A stretch of DNA of 64,000 nucleotides from Eledone cirrhosa (lineage: Eukaryota). Of this stretch, positions 52,575 through 64,000 are shown in pieces. The first letter of the stretch is position 1. Each line of letters begins with the position of its first letter. Made by a program: the position numbers and the translations under genes. The notes beneath the pieces were generated by a model. That model was not told the origin of the DNA. It made no database searches and was given only the letters and a program-made list of their open reading frames with translations. The stretch is from contig OZ024743.1 in the NCBI GenBank assembly GCA_964016885.1, forward strand, positions 254,572,001 through 254,636,000, in the 5' to 3' direction.

Positions 52575-54113
52575 ACTCTACCTGCATTCGTCGATCTCGA
52601 GAAAGCCTTTGACAGAGTTCCACATGCTATAATCTGGTGGGCTCTTAGAAAACTAGGAGTAGATGAATGGCTTGTGAAAGCTGTACAAGCCATGGATAGG
52701 GGAGCAGTCAGCAAAGTTAGGATTAGCAATGAGTATAGCGAGGAATTTAGCGTACAGGTTGGTGTCCACCAGGGCTCTGTTCTTAGCCCTCTCCTGTTCA
52801 TCATAGTCCTGCAGGCAATAATGGAGGAGTTTAAGACCGGATGCCCATGGGAACTCCTATATGCAGATGAGCTCGCACATATAGCTGAATCTATGGTAGA
52901 ACTAGAGAAGAAATTCCAAACTTGGAAGCAGGGACTAGAAAGAAAGGGTCTCAAAGTCAACCTGACAAAGACTAAGGTCCTTGTAAGTAGACTAGAAAAC
53001 AGAACCCAGATCCCCTCAGGGAAATAGCCTTGCTCAGTAGGTAGGAACTCCATTCTCTGGCCCAAATGCAATCAATGGGTACACAAGAGATGTAGCGGGA
53101 TCTCAGGATGCTTAATTAAGAATGTAGGCTTCACATGTAGCAGCTGTGCTGAGACAGCAAGCACAAACAGCCACAGGAAACAAGTACCACCAATCTCTGG
53201 GAGGGCTCTGTAGAAACAGTAGACAGCTTCTGATACCTAGCTGACCGAATTAGCAGCGGAGGTGGGTGTTCAGAAAGTACAATAACTAGGGTAAGAACGG
53301 GATGGAAGAACTTTAGGGAACTACTGCCACTGCTAGCTGCAAAAGGCTTCTCCCTCAAAAGGAAAGTCAGACTGTATGATGCGTGTATACGAACCGCAAT
53401 GTTACATGGTAGTGAGACCTGGGCGCTGAAGGTGGAAGACTTACGTAGATTAGAAAGAAACGAAGCCTGCATGCTCCGATGGATGTGTAATAGTAATATA
53501 CGCGAATGGCAAAGCATAAATGAATTGAGAGAGAGACTGAGCATAAGAGTAATCAAATGCTGTGTGCAGGAGAGGCGGTTGCGTTGGTATGGACATGTGA
53601 TGCGTATGAAGGGTCACAGCTGCATAAAAAGGTGCAGAGCACTAGAAGTCAATGGAAACCGCGGAGTGGGGAGACCCAAGAAGACCTGTGATGAGGTGAT
53701 AAAAGCCGAACTTACCCAATTACACCTCTCAAAGGCGATGATACACGACCGTGACCTCTGGCGTCATGCAGTAATACAGAGTACCCGACCTCCCATGGGT
53801 ACAAGCTGAAGCATATAGACAATATGCCCCCACATCATCCCCCTGAAAAGTGGTCGTGGAGGTGCCACGGCAAAAAACACCCAGCCCAGACTGTAAAGTG
53901 GACATGTAGGCGCCACGGAAAAAAGCACCCACCACTCACTGTAAATGAGGTTAGTGTTAGGAAGGGCATCCAGCTGTAGACATCAAGCCAAAATCAGTTC
54001 CTGTATGAGCAAGGCATGGTCAGCCGACCATACACTGCCCACAACAGGACAACCCGTCTAACCCTATGCTAGCATGGAAGAACGGACGTAAAACGGTGAT
54101 GATGATGATGATA
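52575..54113 (+). mobile_element. RTE LINE RT-to-3' fragment
   Basis: ORFs 52674..53027 (QGSVLSP, YADE) and 53399..53809; (GAT)n tail. Confidence 0.92.
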
Positions 54114-55063
54114 TCATGATTTTGGGATCGTATTTTTTTTTTTTGGGGGGGGGGGGTTATTTCTTACACTAAATTGTCAATGCCTATGTGGGTTTGATGT
54201 TTTCAAATACAAATATGTTAAAGCAAAGTATTGCCTGGCATGGAATGTATTTAGATAACTGTTTAAACTCAAGTTATTTTCTGTCAGTTTCTGTTTTAAC
54301 CATTTCGTGACTATATTTCAATACATTTTGAAAATTCGAATGAGATTAACCATTTCGTCAACATATTTCTAATAAAAGATACTGCCCATGCTTTTCAAAT
54401 AATTCTCAAAATAATCAAGAATTTAAAGGGATTGAGTAATATCGCTACTTTTTATCAAGCTGGTGTACTGAATTGGCAGAATTGTTAGTGCTGAACAAAA
54501 TAATTTGTAATTGTTTATAGGTCTTTAGCAATCTGAGTTCAAATGACACTGAGGCCAATTTTGCCTTTCATCATTCTAGGATCCGTAAAATACATTACCA
54601 GTCAAGTACTGGGTTTGATTTAATCAACTTTCTGACCTGGTGGTGATACGATACACAATTATTAAGATAGTATTTTGAGCATTTCTTAACAAAAGTTTCT
54701 TCCATAAAATTATGATAAAATACTTAGATTTAAATTAAACTCTTCAAAATGCATTGTATTGTATCAGATAATATAGGGCAGTCTCCGGTATGTTGTTATT
54801 AAAAAGGTTAAAGATTTATTACGCAGGGAACATATCAAATGTTCCGACCAACACGGCTTCAACATCTCTGTAAACACACCGTACACCTGTGCTAAATTAT
54901 TAGACTAAATTGAATTATTGAATATATAAACTAGTGTCAATAAGACACTATATTATTGTTTTTTAAATCAAAATTTATAATCATTGATATACAAATTTGT
55001 TTGTATGTGTTTTCATATAGGCCACTTTTGTGCATTGCACTGTTAGTGCCTCTCAAGTATATA

Positions 55064-56285
55064 CAAGGTGCGGATGATATTTGTTCGCAAGATTACTGTC
55101 TAGGAAAAAGTAACACAGTAGTTTTATTTTTTAAGATATATTTATCAAACTTGGGTCAGTTTGTCTTCATGACTTGTTCTTCCGACGATCTCACTCGATA
55201 AACCCGCGATTGGCTTTGATGACGGCCTCAAGGAGGCCTTGGAACCGGCTACAGGCCTTCGTCACTGTCCCCCGATTTAGGCCCCTAAAGGCACTTGTGA
55301 TCCCGGCCTTCAGATCGTCTTTCGTATTGCAGCTAGATCTGTTGGTGTCTCGTTCCACTGAGCCCCACACAAAGAAGTCGAGGGGGTTGCAGTCAGGCGA
55401 GCTGGGAGACCAGATGTCAGGTGAAGTGTGGTTGACGAAGTTCTCTGACAGCCAGGCTTGGGTCTTTCGGCAGGGCGCTGAGTCTTGCTGCCACACGTAC
55501 GGCCTACCTGCAGCTACCTGGTCGATCCAGGGCTTTACTACCTCGCTCAGAACGTGGATGTAGCCATCGGTGTTCAGCTTGAAGCCCTCAGGGAAGAAGT
55601 GAGGTGGCATGACGTCACCTTGACTGCTGACGACACCTAAGACCAATGTTGTCGCTGGAAACTTTGTCTGCATGACTCTGGGCATGTCTTTGGAAGAGAC
55701 AGCGAGCCACCTGTTGTTCTGGGAGTTGATCTTCTGGTATGGACAGAAGTTTTTCTCGTCGGAGAAAAACTACAGCATGTCTGGCTCCAGTGGGTGTTTC
55801 AACTTGTTGATCAGCTTTTTGCGTGTTTCAGTCGCTTTTCTTGCATCGCCTTTGACAGAAATTGTCCTTTCCTCATCTTGTATGAAAAGTAGCAAATGCC
55901 TTCATGTACCACCAGCCTAATGTGCTTTTCATCCACGCCTTTTTCCCTTGCAATGGCATGCATCGACTTGCCAGGTTCATTATTGATGATATCCTGAACT
56001 TCAACGACGAACTCAGGCGTTCTGAAGGCATCAGATCGTCGATCATGTGTTTTCCTTTCTGACGTTTTCCACCATTCCCCTGTTGACGCTGAGAAAGTCT
56101 GAAATTTCCTTATTTGTCCTCCTGACGCGGATTCCAAGAAGAACTCCGTGTCTCTTCCACAAATTAGGAGGTTCAAAATTATTCATAATCACTGTTTTTA
56201 TGAAGACAAGAGTGACAACGGAAGTAAAAATAATTTGCATAAAATTAGCAGTTGGAAATTGCGAACAATTATCGTCCACACTCTG
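55064..56285 (-). mobile_element. Tc1/mariner superfamily transposon, maT (DD37D)-like, decayed
   Basis: 27-bp TIRs (22/27 match) beginning CA(A/G)(G/A)GTG; TA on the left flank; transposase fragments FSDEKNF, WQQDSAP, SSPDCNPLDFFVW. Confidence 0.92.
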
Positions 56286-56351
56286 TCTATATATATATAT
56301 ATATTGTAGTGAATGTTTGGTAGAAATATCCAAAGATAAGAGGACTCAATC

Positions 56352-56850
56352 CATAAATATCGAAAGATATTTAATCGATATATAGTAAAAATAGGATACT
56401 CTTGCACTAACAATGTAAAATCATATATCACTCATATGGATACTCATGAGAAGACCTGAAAAACCAACAGTGCAACACTCCAGCGGTGATATACCAAGCA
56501 GAAGTTACCTCCACCAACCAGAACCACCAAAATGAAGCATGGATATATATGTCAGTATGACTGAGAGCAGATTTAAAACTGGTACCTGAATCATGAAACA
56601 ACCTTCAGATATCCTGACAGAAAACATACCACCCAACTCGCAAATCATGTATGGAGACTTAAGAACAAATATTAGAAAGATCTACCACCTACATGAATGG
56701 GTCGAAATTGTGTAGACTTTGTAACTCTGAAAAATGGTATATACTCTCACAATTAGCTTCAGACAAGCACTGCCTCAACACACGGCTTGATTGCTTTGGC
56801 AGTTCTCTTCATGAGAAGTATATTTTGAGTAAATGGCTTAGACCTGACTA
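56352..56850 (+). pseudogene. Penelope-like element C-terminal remnant (linker + GIY-YIG endonuclease)
   Basis: Manual translation across frameshifts: HKYRKIFNRYIVKIGYSCTNNVKSYI, IYVSMTESRFK..YLNHETTFRYPDRKHTTQLANHVWRLK, NGSKLCRLCNSEKWYIL. Absent from the ORF track. Confidence 0.8.
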
Positions 56851-57094
56851 ATAGGCCTAGAAGTATACTTTGATTTACTGACATGTTGTATATCAGGGAA
56901 ATTAGATTCTTTGAGTCGGCTAGAAAAAATTATTTTTCTTCAATTTTTCTTCAATCTTGACTGTGGTCTCTCAAGAGTTACCTCCCCAATCTTACCTCCT
57001 AATTTAAAAAAAAACAGCTTTTTCTAAACAATTTCTACATTACCTGCCTTTGTTTAAACTCATGATATATTTCTAAAAGCAAAGCACAATCAAC

Positions 57095-57358
57095 CCTAGG
57101 CGGCATTGGTATGGACATGTGATGCGCATAGATGTTGACCACTGGGTAAAGAAGTGCCAAGAAATCCCAGTGGAAAGAAGACGCAGTAGATGAAGACCAC
57201 GAAAATCATGGGTGGAGGTGTTGAGAGCTGACCTCAGATCGCTGAATCTCACAGAGGAGATGAGGAAGGACTGTGACGAATGGAGCGATGCTGTGCTGAA
57301 TAGGACCTGTCCCACCTTTGCAAGCAAGGAAAAGTGGGCGTAAAATGATGATGATGAT
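57095..57358 (+). mobile_element. RTE family B-like 3' fragment
   Basis: RRHWYGHVMRI...WVKKCQEIP; GATGAT tail; lies between the Penelope ORF remnant and the downstream hammerhead. Confidence 0.8.
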
Positions 57359-57556
57359 ATATATGTACATATCATCTCATCTATCCAGTAATCTGGTGGA
57401 CTGTTGGGATCCCACAGATGACCAGACAACCAGATCTCTCTATTCCTATCACTTCTCTGCCTTCCTCATGGTTGCATATATATATATATATATGTCCCAA
57501 GGCTCTGATACCATCAACACTATACACACAGAGCTGGCATATCTAAGAACTTACTA

Positions 57557-57612
57557 ACTGCCTGATGAGGTCATAGCCATTCAATGGCTATCATCGAAAT
57601 ATATATAGCAGT
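57557..57612 (+). ncRNA. Type I hammerhead ribozyme motif, intact core, probable Penelope 3' pLTR
   Basis: ACTGC-CTGATGA-GGTC ATAGCCAT TCA ATGGCTAT CATC-GAA-ATATATAT-A-GCAGT followed by AATAAA (57614). Confidence 0.82.
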
Positions 57613-57653
57613 AAATAAAGGATTATGAGTTCATGCAATTGACTTATGTTTCG

Positions 57654-57711
<58 letters not shown>

Positions 57712-57715
<4 letters not shown>

Positions 57716-58282
57716 GAGGGTCCTCTGAGAAACATAATAGCTAGAATAAGGATAGGATGGAAAAGGTTTAGAGGGCTACTCCCACTGGGGCCTACAAACT
57801 TGTTCTCCCTATGTACAAAAAAATGACTGTATGATGCCTGTGTGCAAAGTGGGATGCTATATGGTAGTGAAACATGAGCTGTGACTTCAGAAGACATGAA
57901 TAGACTGGAGAGAAATGAAGCAACTATGTTTCATTGATTGTGCAATGTAAGTGTGAGAAAAAAAAACAGAACATGGATGAGCTGGGAGAGAAGCTGGGTT
58001 TAACAGGAATTCTATGTGGTATGCAGTAGAGAAGACTGCATTGGTATGAACATGTTTTGCATATAGATGTTGATCGATGGCTGAAGAAGTGCCAGTAGAA
58101 GGAAGCCACAGTAGAGATAGACCAAGAAAGACCTGGGCAGAGGTAGTGAGAGCGGACCTCAAATCGCTGAGACTCACAGAGGAGATGATGAAAGAACACA
58201 GCATATGGAAAGATGCTGTGCTGAGAAGGATCCATCCAACTAATGCAAGTGTGGAAAAATTGGATGTAAAAACGATGATGAT
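57712..58282 (+). mobile_element. RTE family B-like 3' fragment
   Basis: IARIRIGWKRFR...[14 protein letters not shown] and tail. Confidence 0.8.
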
Positions 58283-58796
58283 TATTAACTTATTTTCATT
58301 TCCTATAACAATACTGTGTAATACAGTTGCAGTTTAACAAGTATATTTATGGCTATAAATTTGTTGTTTGTTTTCATATAGCTTCATCTGATTTTCACAT
58401 AACTGTTTAATCAACTAACATCTAAATGAATATTTTTCTTCCACCTGTTTCATTCCTTCCTCATCTTCTCTGTGAGGTTCAGTGTGGTGATATCAGTTAT
58501 CAGCACTCCTACCTATGTTTTTATTGGCCTATCTTTTCTGGATCATCAACAATTTTACATCCCCATTTCTGTGGTTTGGATGAGATTTCTCCAGCACCAC
58601 GCTCCTCCACGATTTATATTCTTTTGTCTTTCATCTGTGAGATCTGGCATTTTAAAATCAGCTATCACTACTTCTACCCAGAATTTTCTGTCTTTCACTT
58701 CTACTTGGAAATCGGCTCTTCTTCACCAAACAATAATTAACTATATATATTATATGTCTGTCTTTACAAGCACAATCTTCTCTCTTGTTCTCCAAC

Positions 58797-59425
58797 ATCA
58801 TCATCATGTCCATTTTTGCATGTCCATTTTGTTCATGTTTGCATGTGTTAAATGATGCTTCTCCAAATACATCTCTCCACCTGTTTCTTTCCTGTGTTAT
58901 CTATCTCCTTTGTGAAGTATAGACCCTTGAGATCAGCTTTCAACTTCTTTGTCCACATCTGTCTGTCTTAATTGTTCACATTCACAACTTCCTTCAACTT
59001 CGAACTCATAACACTTCTTCACCCAGCAGCCATCATCCATACACATTGCATGTTCATACAAGAACAACATTCTCTTTAGCATGCAGCATGGGGCTTCTCC
59101 TATGCTCATCTTTTCTCTCAGTTCATCCATGCTTCATTATTTGTTCATACTAATATTATCCATCTAACAGAGCATGCTTTATTAATTTATCTTGATCCTT
59201 TGCATATCTTCTTCATTTATTGTCCATATCCCTCTATGTGGCATCATTGCACTTTGTACATTGCCATCATGCAATCTACTTGTTTCTTGGAGAGAAAATC
59301 CTTTTATTGCCAACATTTTCCAACCTGTTTTGATTCCAGCTACTACAATTTCAGTGCATTCTCCACTGCTGTTAATTAAGTCACCAAAGTAACAGAAGCT
59401 ATCAACTGCATCTATGGAGTCCATC
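58797..59425 (-). mobile_element. Old RTE 3' fragment
   Basis: ORFs 59182..59475 (VDSFCYFGD, GIKTGWK) and 58933..59130. Confidence 0.7.
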
Positions 59426-59477
59426 AAAATTTGCAGATTGATTAAAATTAGAAACTCCCAAACAGAGAAATGCATCA

Positions 59478-59735
59478 GCAGCTTTCAGCAGTAACAGAAC
59501 AGTTAAGGCAGAGGAAAATGAGACTTACAGGTCATTGTGTTCATCATCATGAGGGGGATAGCAAGTGATCTTGTTTTGTTGGACCCATCAGATGGGTACA
59601 CAAACAGGGGTAGAAGGAAAATAAATTACATTGATAATCTGCTGGAAGATATTGGAGTGAATAATGTAGGAGAGTTGAAGTGGGCATGTGTAAAAACACA
59701 TAGGTGGCCTGACACCCAGCAGAGATAGATGATAG
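59478..59735 (+). mobile_element. LINE (RTE-group) C-terminal remnant, distinct family
   Basis: LRQRKMRLTGHC...RGRRKINYIDNLLED. Confidence 0.6.
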
Positions 59736-59872
59736 ATTTAGTATCCACATTCTCAGAGGAGACAATATAGTAATTTAAAACGTCTTTTTTCTTACAATTT
59801 GAAAAGTTTTAATCAAAGTTCTTGTTCTCAGTGAATACATTAATTTTCATCTAATTTTAAATTAGATATTTA

Positions 59873-60058
59873 TGGATTGGCAGTATTGGTAGAGTGTCGG
59901 ACGCCATGCATTGACGCATAGAGTTACGGCCCTTGCCATTCTGGGTTCAAATCCCACCGAGGTTAACTTTGCCTTTCATCCTTATGAGGTCGATAAAATA
60001 AAGTACCAATAATACACTGGGAAATTGCTGGCCTTGTGCCAAAAGTAGAAACAATTAT
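59873..60058 (+). mobile_element. SINE family 2
   Basis: Matches the reverse complement of 6294-6481. Confidence 0.82.
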
Positions 60059-60384
60059 TTCTTTCCTTGTGTTGCTGTTGTTGTCTTCTGTTATAATAAA
60101 ATGGTAATGTTATGTCTTCAAACATTTGTGGCTGCTACATAATCATGACACTGTGATAACCATTCCCTCAACCATGTTTTCCCACATAACTACCATTATC
60201 TTGCTCATTCACCACAAAATCTTTTATTATCACCACTTCTTTTATCACCACCATCAACCCCTGTCTACCTACAAACACTACCATCACCACCACCATCATA
60301 TTGTCGATGATATTATTAAATAATGCAATAGAACTTTCATCTGATAAGTCATTTTATATGAAAATGTAAATTGTAATGGAAACT

Positions 60385-61013
60385 GAAACTATTTAAAGCT
60401 GTATACAGCTATGGTACGACCACATTTGGAATTCGCATAATCAGTCTGGAACCCCTATCTTCCTCAGAACATTGACCTCCTGGAAACTGTTCAGAGACGT
60501 GCAACCAAGCGCATACCCTCCATCAGACACCTACCATACTCTGAACGCCTTGCTTCCCTGTGCATGGATTTATTGAAGCTCTGACAACGGCAATGGACTT
60601 GGTAAACACCCACAAAGTTATTAACCATCTCGCCAACAACAACCCTGAGCACCTTTTTGATCTCCACGTGTCTAACACACGTAGACATGCCTACAAAATC
60701 AGAAAATAGCACAGCTCCCATGACTTTCGGAAACCTTTTTTCACGCTTAGAGTTGCTGAAGCATGGAACAAACTGCCTGCGTCAGTTGTTAGCTGTCGAG
60801 ACACTGCATCCTTTAAAACCCTCATGCTTCCTGAAATTCCCCAAAACTACACTTGATGTACCCCTTCCATACACATGCACACGTGTATATCATGACTCAT
60901 GCACTGTTCATTTTCCTGACTTTGTACATTACCCTATGTACTATACATACACTTTTTGATGAGTTGTAGTGCACCTGAGCACTGTACACAATATTTTCAT
61001 TATTATTATTATT
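60385..61013 (+). mobile_element. CR1-group LINE 3' fragment with (ATT)n tail
   Basis: MVRPHLEFA*SVWNPYLPQNIDLLETVQRRATKRIP...YSERL; later FFTLRVAEAWNKLP. Confidence 0.85.
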
Positions 61014-61112
61014 CAAAATCACTAATTAATAAAAAGATTAATTAAAATTATTTGTGTCAATAAAGCTACCAGCTAAAATATTACTGAAATATATATGTAT
61101 ATATTATGAAAA

Positions 61113-63135
61113 CCATCATCGATTTTACATCTGTTTTTCAATTAATGAGTTGGACCAGTCATTCTCAGCACAACATCACACCACTTGTTGGGTTCCTTCA
61201 TCATCTCCTCATCTAGTCTTAGCAATTTGAGATCAGATCTCACAACCTCTATCCAAGTCTTTCTTGGTCATCTTCTACTGAAGCTTCCTTCTACTGGGAT
61301 TTCCTGGCATTTCTGCAACCATCAATCATTGTCCATGCACATCACATGTCCATACCAATGTAGTCTTCTCTCCTGTTCACCACCTAAGATTCTTCTTTAA
61401 TTGAGTTTCTCCCTCAGCTCAACCAAATTCAGCCTTTCTCTCACACTTACATTGCACATCCAACAAAGCATAGTTGCTTCATTTCTCTCCAATCTGTGTC
61501 CTCGGCTGTCACAGCCCATGTTTCACTAAGTGCACACAGGTGTCATACAACCATCATTTTGTACGTAGGGAGAAAAGTTTTGTTGTTAACAGTGGGAGTA
61601 GCTCTTTAAACTTCCTTCATCCTCACCTCATTCTAGCTATTTTACACTTGGTGCATACTCCCCTACTGCTAATTAGGTCACCTAGATACCAGAAGCTATC
61701 AACCACATCTGTAAATCTTTCCTTTCATTGGAAAAAGTGTATATCATTGACATTCTTCCTCCTGATTTCTCCTGTGCACCTTTTACATACAAAGTTCCCC
61801 CTTCCTGTTAGTCTACTCATTATCCCAGTACATATTTTGTGTACCCAAGATTTACATTGTGTACATTGTATGAAGTTTATGCCTGCTCCTTTTCTGCATA
61901 TTGATCAGGGCCACGTCCATGAAGGTATCAGGTTCTTATCTTCTTTTCTACTCACTAGCACTTTAGTTTTAACTAAGTTTACTTTCAGAGCCTTTGATTC
62001 CAAATTCAGTTTCCAGAGTTGGATTTTATTTTCTAGTTCTCTTATGGTTTTAGCTATAAGAACCAAATCATCTGCATAGAGAAATTCATATGAGTAGCCC
62101 ATTTTAATCTCCTCTGTTATGGTATGAAGAACAAAGATGAATTGCAAAGGGCTAAGAACTTAACCTTGATGAAATTTTACCTGTATATTGAATTCATCAC
62201 TAAACTTATTTCCAGCTCTCACTCTACTAAAATCTCCTCAGTACATAGCTTGCACAGCTCTCACAATTTCCTTAAGGACCACCAGATAATAGATTGAAGT
62301 ATTCTGTCAAGGTATTCTTCTCTTGATCAACAAAAGCTAAATATAGTGGCTTATCTTTGGCTAGGAATATCGCTGCCTCACTAAGAATGGGGTATCTGTA
62401 GTACTTTTCCCAGGCATGAAACCAAATAACATTTCATCTATTTGACTGTTTCTCTAATTAACTGTACTATAACTCTTTCTGTAACTTTCAGTACTTGGTC
62501 CATTAGTTTTATTCTTCTATAGTTGCTACTTTCTAGAGCATCACCTTTGACCTTGTAGTGATTTATGATTACACTGGTTTGCCAGTCTTTGGGTAGGACT
62601 CTGTCATGTATTACTTAATTTACTATATGTGTTAGTAGCTTGACTCCTACCACTCCCAAATCTTTTAGCATCTCAGCAACTATTTCTGATCATCCTGCAG
62701 CTTTACCGTTCTTCATCTCCTTGATTGCATTTTTTACCCTAAAACTGTCATCTTCAATAGCTGTCCCTTCCATTTGGATAAGTTAGATGTAATTTCTCTT
62801 CCTTCCATTCATAAATATCTCATAGTAACATTTCCAGGCCTCTTTCTTTTGGGCATCAGTAGTGCTAAGTGCACCAGTATAATTTCTAACATTTTTTCCT
62901 CAACAACATCTTGATGCACACTAACACACTGACATGCAATGCAGAACACTTCACGTCTCTGATCCTCACATCTCAAGGCATTGGGAAAAATACTTTCTTC
63001 AGCCTCTCTTCGAGCTGAGTATACCTGTATCAATTGTACAGTTTCACTACCAGAAGACCGTCTGTCTGGCTGGCACTTTACTCCAGTTGCATGTCTCGTT
63101 CATAGTTCACAAAAGGTTGCCAGGTAAGAACTGTC
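61113..63135 (-). mobile_element. Decayed RTE LINE (family B-like)
   Basis: ORFs 61905..62147 (YADDLVL) and 62809..63033; the Cys finger is still readable near 61770-61910. Confidence 0.85.
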
Positions 63136-63169
63136 ACATAGGAATATATAAATATATATATGTAAAACT

Positions 63170-64000
63170 GCTTCACCGACTTATCCCCGAGATGGCAATG
63201 GGAGCAGAATCCTCAAACACTCATTCTAATGGGTATTGTCAGCAGCCACTGTCGCCAATTGATCCAGCAGGATTCACAAGTGAGACTAACCAAGCTCATG
63301 GATGTTATCCAACCATATTGCTTGGGGTCCACCCCAACCCCAATTAGTTTTGCCCATACAATCTGCCCGGTGATTCTTTTTTGAGACATTCTAACCACAC
63401 GTCCATAATATCAGAGTTGTGATCTCTTAATTTAGAGACGTAGCTGATCTATCTAGAGCAGCACTTTGATCTCTGCGATATGCCCTCTATTGAGTTATGT
63501 TACTAAAATAAACCCTTTGAAGGAACCCTATTTGGCAATTTGTATTAGTGATTGTATAATTTCAGTCATTACCCCAGATTCATGACCATAAGTAAGGGTA
63601 GGCACGAATACCAAATTGAAGGTATAGTAAGCAAGAATACATCTCTTGGCAGTACTCCCACGATTTCTTAAAGACTTGCAGCAGTGTGAATATTAGATCA
63701 GCTTTGCTGCATCTGAGATGAAAACCAGACCGTTCATCGGCTAACGCAGACTCAACAATCTCTCTACTTCTGTTTGCCAGACACTTAGCAGAGACTTTAA
63801 TGGGGAGGTTTAAAAAGGAGATCTGTCTATAATTGAAACAATCTCTTTTGCCTCACTTTTTGAAAATTTGGATTATCTCTACCAATCGCCATTGCTTATG
63901 TGCCTTACCAGAGATCCAGGCCTCCTGGCACATACAAGGCAGCTAGAGAATACCTTCTCTATTTAAGACTTTTAACATCTCAGGCCAAATTTCCACCTCC
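63170..64000 (-). mobile_element. RTE-group LINE 3' region of another family, runs off the window
   Basis: FVPTLTYGHES and YGRVVRMSQKRI motifs on the minus strand. Confidence 0.65.

Overview
AT-rich, repeat-saturated eukaryotic DNA. The repeat repertoire resembles octopus/cephalopod genomes, which is an inference and not verified. No host protein-coding gene is supported; most listed ORFs are (TA)n/(TATG)n microsatellite translations or antisense frames of transposons. Recognisable content: many RTE-clade LINE copies whose RT carries an embedded Cys4-His-Cys3 (PHD-like) finger, one near-intact CR1-group LINE with a CCCH-finger ORF1, a full-length decayed Ty3/Gypsy element (237-bp LTRs, tRNA-Leu PBS, PPT, 5-bp TSD), a maT-like (DD37D) Tc1/mariner, hAT- and piggyBac-type MITEs, two SINE families and a Penelope-like GIY-YIG remnant. 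The signal missed by the ORF track is a set of at least seven type I hammerhead-ribozyme motifs, four with intact cores. They have palindromic stem III sequences, a recurrent U-U opposition at the base of stem II, and sit in short fold-back or tandem non-autonomous Penelope/retrozyme-like units.
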